Shown here piece by piece: positions 44,714 through 53,270 of a stretch of DNA of 61,902 bases. The position numbers and the translations under genes are program-made. Source of the DNA: Candidatus Saccharimonadota bacterium (GTDB lineage Bacteria > Patescibacteriota > Saccharimonadia > Saccharimonadales > JACQNP01). The notes below the pieces were generated by a model. That model made no database searches. It had not been told where the DNA came from and worked only from the letters and a program-made list of their open reading frames with translations. Where the stretch lies: positions 1 through 61,902 of the forward strand of contig JAGQNP010000002.1 of assembly GCA_020428005.1 (NCBI GenBank), read 5' to 3'. How positions within the stretch are numbered: the stretch's first letter is position 1; every line of letters begins with the position of its first letter.

Positions 44714-44974
44714 CTACTTCTTTTGTTTGAACTTACTTTTATCAATATTTAGCTTTTGGATTGCTAGTGTAGACCACAGTATGCACATGATTATATTCAT
44801 TGCTGATGCCATCCAGAGTCCTAGTGTTGCATATGTTATGACCATCACAAATAGAATAAAAGCAGTCATTACAGACGTTTTAAACGCTGGTTTGTCTTTT
44901 GATATCAAAGAAGGGATAAGTGCTAGCCCAAAGAAAAAAGTGCCCAAAGATATAACAATGTCTTGCCAGACCAT
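44714..44974 (-). CDS. small three-TM membrane protein
   Basis: ORF, hydrophobic; abuts the rplT stop. Confidence 0.4.
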   Translation of the reverse strand: MVWQDIVISLGTFFFGLALIPSLISKDKPAFKTSVMTAFILFVMVITYATLGLWMASAMNIIMCILWSTLAIQKLNIDKSKFKQKK

Positions 44975-45324
44975 TACTTACTTGGCTTGGCGGCTTTAAC
45001 TATTGCTTCGAAAGCTTTTGGTTCGCTTACAGCTAGCTCAGCCAACACCTTACGATCAAGGTTAATCTTTGCAGCTTTTAGAGCAGCGATAAGTCGAGAG
45101 TAAGTAGTACCATTTAACCTAGCAGCAGCATTAATACGAATATTCCAAAGTTGTCTGAAGGTCCTTTTTCTTTTGCGTCTATCATTGTATGAGTTAACTA
45201 ATGATCTAGTGACAGCCTGTTTGCCACGCTTGATACTGGAACGGTTACCTCTACTAAAGCCCTTAGTGGCCTTTCGGATTTTCTGATGTCGTTTATGGGC
45301 AGTAACGCCTCGCTTAACTCGCAT
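44974..45324 (-). CDS. rplT: 50S ribosomal protein L20
   Basis: [16 protein letters not shown]... is typical L20. Confidence 0.9.
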   Translation of the reverse strand: MRVKRGVTAHKRHQKIRKATKGFSRGNRSSIKRGKQAVTRSLVNSYNDRRKRKRTFRQLWNIRINAAARLNGTTYSRLIAALKAAKINLDRKVLAELAVSEPKAFEAIVKAAKPSK

Positions 45325-45521
45325 TATTTAGCTCCTAGTCTTAGCTTCATGTTCTTTGCACTCTTGCCAGTAAGTTGGTTACCAATTGCAAAACGTCGCT
45401 TCCTAGCAGCGCTTTTCTTTCGCAAGAAGTGATTTGCTCCGGCGTGTCCAAGCAACACCTTACCATTTTTGGTAACGCGCACTCGTTTCTTTGTTCCGCT
45501 ATGAGTCTTTAGCTTTGGCAT
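45324..45521 (-). CDS. rpmI: 50S ribosomal protein L35
   Basis: [17 protein letters not shown]... is typical L35. Confidence 0.9.
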   Translation of the reverse strand: MPKLKTHSGTKKRVRVTKNGKVLLGHAGANHFLRKKSAARKRRFAIGNQLTGKSAKNMKLRLGAK

Positions 45522-46029
45522 TATTATTACTCCTTATGACAAAGTTAAGTTGTCTGCCCGCAAACTGCGGTTGTTGGTCGACTATAACTTTGTCGCCATA
45601 GTCTTCAAGTATCCTTTCAGCCAGCTTAAAGCCCAATTCTTTATGGGCTAATTCACGGCCACGATACATAACTGTTAATTTGACCTTGTGACCAGCTTCC
45701 AAAAAGGCATTAACCTTATTTAGCTTTACATCTAGGTCGTGATCGCCGATCTTTAGACCGAAGCGCATTTGCTTAACATCAAGTGTTTTAGCATTCTTTT
45801 TGCTCTTTTGAGCTTGCTTGGTCTTCTGGTAGTTGTACTTACCCCAGTCGATGATCTTGCATACCGGTGGGCTAGCATTTGGTGAGATTTCTACTAGGTC
45901 GAGTCCGCGCTCCTCGGCTGCTCGCATAGCTTCTTGTTTACTCAAGATACCTAACTGCGAACCGTCTTCGTCGATAACTCGTAACTGCTGTGCCTGGATC
46001 TGGTGATTCAGGCGCGTGTGTTTGCTAAT
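45499..46029 (-). CDS. infC: translation initiation factor IF-3, initiated at ATT
   Basis: The reading frame stays open upstream of the track start: ATT(46029)-SKHTRLNHQIQAQQLRVIDEDGSQLGILSKQEA... GGAGAG lies 5 nt upstream of the ATT. Conserved infC-rpmI-rplT order. Confidence 0.8.
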   Translation of the reverse strand: MSKHTRLNHQIQAQQLRVIDEDGSQLGILSKQEAMRAAEERGLDLVEISPNASPPVCKIIDWGKYNYQKTKQAQKSKKNAKTLDVKQMRFGLKIGDHDLDVKLNKVNAFLEAGHKVKLTVMYRGRELAHKELGFKLAERILEDYGDKVIVDQQPQFAGRQLNFVIRSNNNAKAKDS

Positions 46030-46109
46030 GAAATCTCTCCTCTTACTAACGTAACTGGTTTAATGGATTCTAACAGAGATGCGTCTTGAGGTCAACAGCA
46101 AATTTGTGA

Positions 46110-46628
46110 TTAGTTTATATATTTTCTTGCTGCTTTAAGGATTGTGATATCGCGCATCTGTATATATTTTCCTTCCATATTATCTGGATTATCTTGTTCT
46201 AGTATGCGAATAGCATCATCGATGTTGGCTGCCTTTACTTCGTACATTCCTTCGGCAATTTCTCCTTCTTCGAGTGAGGATTCCATTTGTTCACCGACTT
46301 GCTGTGCCAGAAAACAATACGAAGTTTGCTTTTGACTAAAGAAGTGACGATATTCTATAACTTTGCCCAACTCTTGGATTACTTCACCGTTGCATCCAAC
46401 TTCTTCAAGCAGTTCACGTTTGAATGCTTCTATGATTTTTTCGCCTGGATCAATGCCGCCACCAGGTAGCTTGTGGTAACTATGTTTACTAACGTTTAGT
46501 AGGTATACTTTACCTGATTGATCCAACAACACACCTCTAGCAGCTGATCTTTCTGTGTAGCTGCTTCTTTTTGAATCATCGGCTTTATCATCAAAATCTG
46601 ACTCGTTAATTGTGAGCAAGTTTGCCAT
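46110..46628 (-). CDS. NUDIX hydrolase
   Basis: Nudix box GGGIDPGEKIIEAFKRELLEEVG. Confidence 0.75.
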   Translation of the reverse strand: MANLLTINESDFDDKADDSKRSSYTERSAARGVLLDQSGKVYLLNVSKHSYHKLPGGGIDPGEKIIEAFKRELLEEVGCNGEVIQELGKVIEYRHFFSQKQTSYCFLAQQVGEQMESSLEEGEIAEGMYEVKAANIDDAIRILEQDNPDNMEGKYIQMRDITILKAARKYIN

Positions 46629-46663
46629 ATTGCCTATATGATCACATACATTTCTTATAAAGA

Positions 46664-48175
46664 CTACACAAGAATATTTGATTCTTGTTTTCGATACTGC
46701 AAGGCTTCGGTTATGTGTGAAACTTCGATTGTTTTTGAATTTTCAAGATCTGCAATTGTTCGAGCCACTTTAATTATTTTCATATAACCTCTGGCAGAAA
46801 TACCTAGAGTCTCTGACGCTTTATTTAGCATTTCTTCGGCTTCTGGTGATAATAAAGACCATTTTTTTATATCGCGGTTATTTAGATTGGCATTGAGTTT
46901 TGTATTTGAATCGTAACGATTTTCCTGAATCACTCTAGCTTTGGTTATTCGTTTTTGAATTTCACTAGATGTCTCAGCAACAGAGCTTTTTAGTAACCGG
47001 TCATGTTTGACTTCATCAACAGGTACGTATAAATCAATTCGGTCTAGAATTGGACCAGAAAGTTTCTTCTGGTAGCGTTGTATTTCACTTGCAGTACAGA
47101 TACATTCCTTACTAGTCTCGAAATAGCCACACGGGCAAGGGTTGGATGTTGCTACGAGTATGAAGCTGGCCGGGAAGGTTAAGCTGTCTTTAGCACGAGC
47201 AACGGTAATAACATTATCTTCAAGCGGTTGCCGTAAAGCCTCTATGGCACTTCGGCTAAACTCTGGAAATTCGTCGAAGAACAAAATTCCATGATGCGCT
47301 AGGCTAATTTCTCCCGGGCGAGGGTATTGGCCACCACCAATAATGGCAATATCGCTAGCGCTGTGGTGTGGTGAACGGAAAGGTCTTTCAGTTAGAATCT
47401 TGTCGTATTGTCGACTTGCAAGGCTATGCAAGTGTGTAATCTCTAGAATCTCTTCTCTATTTAAACTGGGTAATATAGATGGGAGTGCTTTTGCTAGCAT
47501 ACTCTTACCACTGCCGGGTGCACCAGTTAGCAACACATTATGTCCACCAGCGGCAGCGATCTCTAGAGCGCGCTTTGCACGAGCTTGACCAACAACATCA
47601 GCCATATCGTTGCCGTAGGTTACGGATTCAAATTTAGTGTTTTTACCGGTTCCAGTAAGTATCCGTTTTACCTGAATTGTGTCAGTCATTTCCAGGTATA
47701 GGTCATATAGCTTATCTATTGGTATGAGGGTTATGTCTGGAATCAACCTAGCTTGTTCCAAGTTTTTAGCTGGTATTACAAATTGGTTGAAACCAAGTTT
47801 TCTTGCAGCAAGGAGTTTACCAATGATACCTCTGACAGGGCGAACGTTGCCTTCCAGACCAAGCTCTCCAATGATCATGGTCTTGTTAAAATGGTTGTCT
47901 TTGACCTGTTCGCTAGCTATCAGGATACTCGATGCAATACTTAAATCAAAGCTAGTACTATCCTTCGGAATATCAGCTGGTGCTAGGTTTATGGTAATTC
48001 GTTTTCTTGGAAGGTTAAGCTTGCTTGCTGCAAAACTACTGCGGATTCGCTCCCTTGCTTCGTCTACAGCTTTGTTTGCAACGCCTACAATAATGATATT
48101 AGGCAAACCATTAGACAGGCGACATTCGATATCGATTATTATGCCTTCGCCACCAGTCTCCATGATGCCTTGCAT
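46664..48175 (-). CDS. comM: Mg-chelatase-like AAA+ protein ComM/YifB
   Basis: Lon-like N-terminal domain, Walker A GAPGSGKS, FFDEFPEF, C-terminal zinc-like CPCG...C.C. ATG 48175 lies 9 nt downstream of TGtGATATT. The track uses TTG 48196, which would contain that -10 box. Confidence 0.85.
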   Translation of the reverse strand: MQGIMETGGEGIIIDIECRLSNGLPNIIIVGVANKAVDEARERIRSSFAASKLNLPRKRITINLAPADIPKDSTSFDLSIASSILIASEQVKDNHFNKTMIIGELGLEGNVRPVRGIIGKLLAARKLGFNQFVIPAKNLEQARLIPDITLIPIDKLYDLYLEMTDTIQVKRILTGTGKNTKFESVTYGNDMADVVGQARAKRALEIAAAGGHNVLLTGAPGSGKSMLAKALPSILPSLNREEILEITHLHSLASRQYDKILTERPFRSPHHSASDIAIIGGGQYPRPGEISLAHHGILFFDEFPEFSRSAIEALRQPLEDNVITVARAKDSLTFPASFILVATSNPCPCGYFETSKECICTASEIQRYQKKLSGPILDRIDLYVPVDEVKHDRLLKSSVAETSSEIQKRITKARVIQENRYDSNTKLNANLNNRDIKKWSLLSPEAEEMLNKASETLGISARGYMKIIKVARTIADLENSKTIEVSHITEALQYRKQESNILV

Positions 48176-48220
48176 GAAGGTAGTAATATCACACAATTAA
48201 AAGCTAACCATGAGCAGCAA

Positions 48221-48250
48221 TTAAAACAGCCCGCTTAGAGTACGGGCTGT
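48221..48250 (-). terminator. intrinsic terminator just upstream of the comM promoter
   Basis: Minus strand ACAGCCCG-N9-CGGGCTGT followed by TTTTAATT. Confidence 0.55.
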
Positions 48251-49030
48251 TCGGCGAAGTTTAGATTTTTATTAGAGCGTTTTTTTAAGTCTTGGTTTGT
48301 ATATCTTTTCTTGGAACAACGGCTTGCGAGAAGCCGTTGTTACAGATGCATTTTTGTTTTTGAGCACTAATTTTACTCAGTGCTAAACTTATCTTAAACT
48401 AGCTAAAATATACCTGTCAACATGTTTGTGGTTAAAAATGTATAACCTGTGTATAACTTTTGGTTATTTATAACAACTGCATATAAAAAATCACGAACAA
48501 ACATACTTACATTACATAAAAACGCTATAAAAAGAATCAGGTACTTTAAGCAAAATTCTACTATTCTTAATTTATTACTGTGCTTAGAATTGCATAAAAA
48601 CCTAATTACTATCGCAAAAAACGTAAGACACTATTGTGTAGTTTCTCATGACATGCATAGTTAGGATCTTTAACCTAATACTCCTTATCGATGCTGAACA
48701 TGTCAATAACAAATATATTAAGTTCATAATTTTAGATTGAATACCTACCATTAAAGCTACTTTAACAGATATGACAACCAATAAAGTAGTCAACCTGATA
48801 AACAACGGATATGTTAAATTATCAAAATTGACCGTAAACAAGATTTCAATTAGCCATTGTTTTTGAGCAATTAAATTAGTTACCCAACAACACAAACATT
48901 TACTTATAATTTAAAAGTATATATTTGTATGATTAATGTTAATAAAATAACAACACTAATAAAAACATTTAATATTTATATAATCAATAGCTTAACAGGT
49001 TATAGTAGTGTAAAAGGCAACAAAATGTGC

Positions 49031-49059
49031 TTGACTTTTTTGAACTAATTTAGTAGATT
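49031..49059 (+). promoter_or_regulatory. sigma-70-like promoter
   Basis: TTGACT (49031-49036), 17 nt spacer, TAGATT (49054-49059). Confidence 0.5.
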
Positions 49060-49112
49060 GGTGGGGTAAGTCGGAAATAAAAATGACATACAAAAATATT
49101 ACAAAAAACATA

Positions 49113-49257
49113 GCGCTCGAATCGCCCTAAAGGCGAAGAGAGCGGTCAGTCAAGCCCAGGACGGTAAGCGCTAAATAGTCTTTTAAGGAGCGGATTTACC
49201 GTCCGGCTCCAAGTTTAGTAGAAGTATACCGTTTCATGGCTTCATGGGGCGGTATTT
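49113..49257 (+). promoter_or_regulatory. structured 5' leader with mutually exclusive helices, ending at the start codon of ORF 49261
   Basis: CGCTC...GAGCG enclosing TCGCC-CTAAA-GGCGA. GGACGGTAA (49159-49167) / TTACCGTCC (49196-49204) competes with GGAGC (49188-49192) / GCTCC (49206-49210). ATACCG-N18-CGGTAT plus TTTTAT lies directly before ATG 49261. Confidence 0.3.
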
Positions 49258-49260
49258 TAT

Positions 49261-49620
49261 ATGATTGAAAACATGAAATTATCACGTATTCGTAAAACAC
49301 TGGTATTAATTATTGTAATTGCAAGTCTTCCGCTGTTTCTATTAATGACAAATCCAGAACATTTGCCACTTATATTTTTGCTGACTCCTATTGCGTTAGT
49401 GTTTTTAATATTCTACAAGTCATCTATGATGCTTATCGGGCTGTACAAGAGCAATACAAATGTAACTAAACAACGTACAATGTCATCTTTGCTTGCGGCG
49501 CTTCCTACGCTACTTATAGTTTTGCAATCTATTCAGCAGTTAACATATAAAGATGTAATAATTGTTATTTTCTTGTGGTTAATGCTTTGGTGGTATTTGT
49601 TGAAAATTGACTTTATCTAA
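49261..49620 (+). CDS. small polytopic membrane protein (119 aa)
   Basis: Three or four hydrophobic helices; first ORF after the leader. Confidence 0.45.
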   Translation: MIENMKLSRIRKTLVLIIVIASLPLFLLMTNPEHLPLIFLLTPIALVFLIFYKSSMMLIGLYKSNTNVTKQRTMSSLLAALPTLLIVLQSIQQLTYKDVIIVIFLWLMLWWYLLKIDFI

Positions 49621-49688
49621 GATTAGCTACAAGGTACTTGTTACATCTGTTATTTGTAGCACCACTTTGTTATAATCTAAAACAATAT

Positions 49689-50126
49689 ATGAATCCTACT
49701 AACGATAATAATGTGCCTCCAATGGAATTGCCAAGCGTATCGCCAGAGATGCAGGGTAATGGCCCTGAACAGCCGAATTCGGTAGAGATGACGGAGATAG
49801 CTAGTTCTCAGGCGCTTGAACAAGGGGTTTCGCAGTCAGCTCCAGTTGACCCTAGTTCAACCACAAATTTAGGTCCCCAACCAGCAGTTGCGGCTAGCGG
49901 ATTTGATATGACATCAGCTGTCCCAATCCAACCAGTACAGCAAGCGTCTATGCCTGCCATCGCTGATGACAATGATCTAATAGAGAAGGAATGGGTCGAC
50001 AAGGCTAAGCAAATAGTAGAGCACACAAGATCTGATCCGCATGAACAAAACAAAGAAGTAACGAAGATGAAGGTAGACTATTTAAAAAAAAGATACAACA
50101 AAGATATAAAAGTTACGGACGACTAG
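49689..50126 (+). CDS. Pro/Gln/Ser-rich protein with basic/acidic C-terminal helix (145 aa)
   Basis: ATG 49689 is preceded by TGtTATAAT (49668-49676); the track uses TTG 49638. No family recognised. Confidence 0.45.
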   Translation: MNPTNDNNVPPMELPSVSPEMQGNGPEQPNSVEMTEIASSQALEQGVSQSAPVDPSSTTNLGPQPAVAASGFDMTSAVPIQPVQQASMPAIADDNDLIEKEWVDKAKQIVEHTRSDPHEQNKEVTKMKVDYLKKRYNKDIKVTDD

Positions 50127-50129
50127 TTA

Positions 50130-53100
50130 ATGAACATTTTTTTAAGCGTACTCCTGGTTCTATTTATTCTTGCTGCTATAGCTGCTCCGATAGTATTTTT
50201 TATGGTAAGAAAATCATTCCGTGAGCAGAAAAATTTTGAACGAGGCCTTAAAATGGTCCCATTACTTATTCACTTACCCCCAACAAGTGATGACACTGAG
50301 GGCGGTGGTCGTGATGTTAGAGATGTTACCGAAGAAACTATATCCAAAGCCCAGATTATTTATAATATTATCTCTAGTTCTTTTCAAAAAGGAACAAAGA
50401 ATAGGTTTTACGGTCAAAGACATTTTGGTTTTGAGATCGTAGGCAGCAAGGGTTTTGTTCACTTTTATGCCGCTGTTCCAGTAGCGCTAGTAGAAACAGT
50501 TAAACAAGGGGTAATAAGTGCTTATCCTTCTGCACGACTAGAAGAAGTCTCAGAACACAATATATTTAGCCCTGTAGGCAAAATAAGTGGCACCATTGGA
50601 GGAGAGCTAACCTTAAGAGAGAATTATGCTTACCCTATAGCTACTTATCAGGATTTAAAAAGAGATACCATGCAGGCTATTCTTAACGCCTTGTCTACTC
50701 TAGACAAAGAAGATGGTGTTGGTATCCAAATATTAATGCGTCCCGCTGATCCTTCTTGGCGTAAGAAAGCCTCAGAAATAGCTTCCCAGAAAAGAAAAGG
50801 GAAGGATGCTGGGAAAGGTGCTGTAGCTGGCGGGATACTTAAAGACTTGGCCACTGCTGTCGCTAAACCACCGGAGAGTAAAGATGATAAACCTGGTAAT
50901 TCTGATAAGCCAGAACTTTCAAGTACCGAGCAAAGCATACTCGACGCGATAGACATGAAGACACAATCCCCAGGTTTTGAAGTGCTAATTAGGGTTGTAG
51001 CATCATCAAACATATCACAGAGAGCACAAGCGATTTTAAGTAACGTAGTGTCGTCTTTTGCACTTTTTGATGCACCTGGTAAAAATGGCTTTAAATATAC
51101 ACCAGCCAAGGACATGGAGCGTTTCGTAACAGCGTACATAATGAGATTCTTTCCACCTGAAAGCAAAAGCACTATTCTGAACTCGGTAGAATTAGCAACA
51201 CTATTTCATTTTCCAGACCAGAAAAATATTCCAACATCGCAATTAGAGCGACAGGCATCCAAACAGGTCGACGGTCCACGTAATATACCTGAAGACGGAT
51301 TGTTGCTTGGCTATAACATATTTAGAGGTGTCAAAAAGCCTATAAGACTAGATTTGGAAGATAGACGAAGGCACATGTATGTTGTTGGTCAAACGGGTGT
51401 AGGTAAGTCTGTGTTTCTAGAGAACTTAGCTCTTCAAGACATGCTGAATGGCGAAGGGTTTTGTTTTATTGATCCTCATGGTGATACGGCTGAAAAACTT
51501 ATTTCTATGGTGCCAAAAGAGCGTACAGAAGACGTTATATATTTCTGTCCAGCTGATATGGAATATCCTATGGGATTAAACCTCTTTGAGCACGAAATGC
51601 CGGAGCAAAGGGACTTCCTCATTCAAGAGGCAATTAATATGCTATATAAGCTGTACGACCCGCAACATCAGGGTATTATTGGGCCTCGTTATGAACACTG
51701 GTTTAGGAATGCTGCGTTGACCGTCATGTCTAATCCAGAGGGTGGTACATTTATTGATATACCAAAGGTATTTACTGACAATAAATATGCTAAAGATCTA
51801 CTTAAATATGTTACCGACCAAACTGTACTAGACTTTTGGAATAAAGAAATGGCTTCTACTTCTGACTATCACAAGAGTGAGGTGCTCGGTTGGTTTGTTA
51901 GTAAGTTTGGTGCCTTCTTGTCTAACGCGATGATGCGTAACATTATTGGCCAGACCAAGAGCACCTTTAATCTTCGAGAAATAATGGACAACAAGAAGAT
52001 ACTGATAGTTAATCTCAGTAAAGGTAAAACAGGTGACCTAAACTCAAAACTGTTGGGTATGATATTTGTTATGCAATTCCAAGCGGCTGCTATGAGTCGA
52101 GCCAATATTCCAGAAGAAGATCGTGTTGATTTTTGTCTATATGTCGATGAGTTTCAGAACTTCTCAACTGACTCTTTTGCAACTATTATGTCAGAAGCCA
52201 GAAAATATCACCTTAATTTGATTGTTGCTAACCAGTTTACGACTCAGTTATCAGAGGAAATTAGAGACGCTGTCTTTGGTAATATGGGTACAATTGTTTC
52301 ATTTAGGATTGGTCAGAATGATGTAGATTCACTTACTAGGTATTTCCAGCCTTTGTTTGATGGTGATGACTTGCTACGTGTTCCAAACTGGAATGCCGTG
52401 GTTAGGACACTTGTCCGTGGAGTCCCTACCCAGCCATTTAGCATGGCAGGGTTGCCACCACTTGGTAGCCCTAATCCAAAGCTAGGAGAAGCTCTTAAGC
52501 AACTTTCTTGGGCGAAGTTTGGGCGTCCGAAAGACAAGGTTGAGCAAGAGATATTTGGACGCTTAGCCACCAAAGAAGATCCTAAGCCTGCTTTTGGGCA
52601 AAGCCCATTTGCGGGAGCGAATGCCCAACCTAGGCCGCCTGCTTTTGGTGCTAGTACTCCCGCTCAGAGTCCCCCTAAACCACCAGGTACGGGATCTTTC
52701 TTAGATGAATGGATGGCTAAACGCAAAGTCGCTCCCGCTCAAGGTGCTGCTATTGCTTCTACCGTTCCATCGCAGCCAGTATCTGCTCAGACACAACCAT
52801 TTGCTCAGCAACCTTCAGCTATGAGGCCTACTACTTCTCAGCCACCAATGACCCAATTTGGCTCCCCTCAATCCGTAGCGCCTACACAGCAATTTACACC
52901 CAGCCAGCCCCCAATCACACCATTACAAAACCAAAACTCTAGTGCGGGTAATGGTATTGCAAATGAGGCGGGAGGTATAGCTCAACAACTCAAGAGTGCC
53001 ATGAGTGGTACAACTCAGCAGTCAATGCCTCAACAGCCATTAGTGCCCCAACAATCAGAGCCACCTTCAATCAATCTACAGCCAGCGATTCCGACTAATC

Positions 53101-53270
53101 CAGTTCAGGCACCACCAGCAACAGCTTTGCCTGGACCAAAACCAGTTGGAACACAAGAAGTATCTGGTCAAAAGACTGAAGATAAACACCACAGGACTGA
53201 AGTAGAGCTAAAACTAAATCATGAGAGCTCCAATGGAGCAGACGATGTAATACACATAAAAAGGGATTAA
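50130..53270 (+). CDS. membrane-anchored FtsK/HerA/TraG-TraD (type IV coupling protein-like) P-loop ATPase with Pro/Gln-rich C-terminal tail
   Basis: N-terminal TM; Walker A VVGQTGVGKSV; Walker B CLYVDEFQNF; EARKYHLNLIVANQFTTQL; ~250-aa PQ-rich tail; 1046 aa. Confidence 0.65.
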   Translation: MNIFLSVLLVLFILAAIAAPIVFFMVRKSFREQKNFERGLKMVPLLIHLPPTSDDTEGGGRDVRDVTEETISKAQIIYNIISSSFQKGTKNRFYGQRHFGFEIVGSKGFVHFYAAVPVALVETVKQGVISAYPSARLEEVSEHNIFSPVGKISGTIGGELTLRENYAYPIATYQDLKRDTMQAILNALSTLDKEDGVGIQILMRPADPSWRKKASEIASQKRKGKDAGKGAVAGGILKDLATAVAKPPESKDDKPGNSDKPELSSTEQSILDAIDMKTQSPGFEVLIRVVASSNISQRAQAILSNVVSSFALFDAPGKNGFKYTPAKDMERFVTAYIMRFFPPESKSTILNSVELATLFHFPDQKNIPTSQLERQASKQVDGPRNIPEDGLLLGYNIFRGVKKPIRLDLEDRRRHMYVVGQTGVGKSVFLENLALQDMLNGEGFCFIDPHGDTAEKLISMVPKERTEDVIYFCPADMEYPMGLNLFEHEMPEQRDFLIQEAINMLYKLYDPQHQGIIGPRYEHWFRNAALTVMSNPEGGTFIDIPKVFTDNKYAKDLLKYVTDQTVLDFWNKEMASTSDYHKSEVLGWFVSKFGAFLSNAMMRNIIGQTKSTFNLREIMDNKKILIVNLSKGKTGDLNSKLLGMIFVMQFQAAAMSRANIPEEDRVDFCLYVDEFQNFSTDSFATIMSEARKYHLNLIVANQFTTQLSEEIRDAVFGNMGTIVSFRIGQNDVDSLTRYFQPLFDGDDLLRVPNWNAVVRTLVRGVPTQPFSMAGLPPLGSPNPKLGEALKQLSWAKFGRPKDKVEQEIFGRLATKEDPKPAFGQSPFAGANAQPRPPAFGASTPAQSPPKPPGTGSFLDEWMAKRKVAPAQGAAIASTVPSQPVSAQTQPFAQQPSAMRPTTSQPPMTQFGSPQSVAPTQQFTPSQPPITPLQNQNSSAGNGIANEAGGIAQQLKSAMSGTTQQSMPQQPLVPQQSEPPSINLQPAIPTNPVQAPPATALPGPKPVGTQEVSGQKTEDKHHRTEVELKLNHESSNGADDVIHIKRD

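Noticed and set aside
48449-48895. Track ORFs 48449-48664 (+) and 48602-48895 (-) in the AT-rich gap
   Set aside because: Their low-complexity or hydrophobic translations are typical of AT-rich DNA. They overlap each other. One needs a TTG start, and neither has promoter or RBS support.
48251-49030. Chromosomal replication origin (oriC) in the AT-rich gap
   Set aside because: There is no perfect TTATCCACA box, only two 8/9 matches, and no dnaA or dnaN nearby. GC skew cannot be evaluated from this window. It is kept only as one option in a finding.
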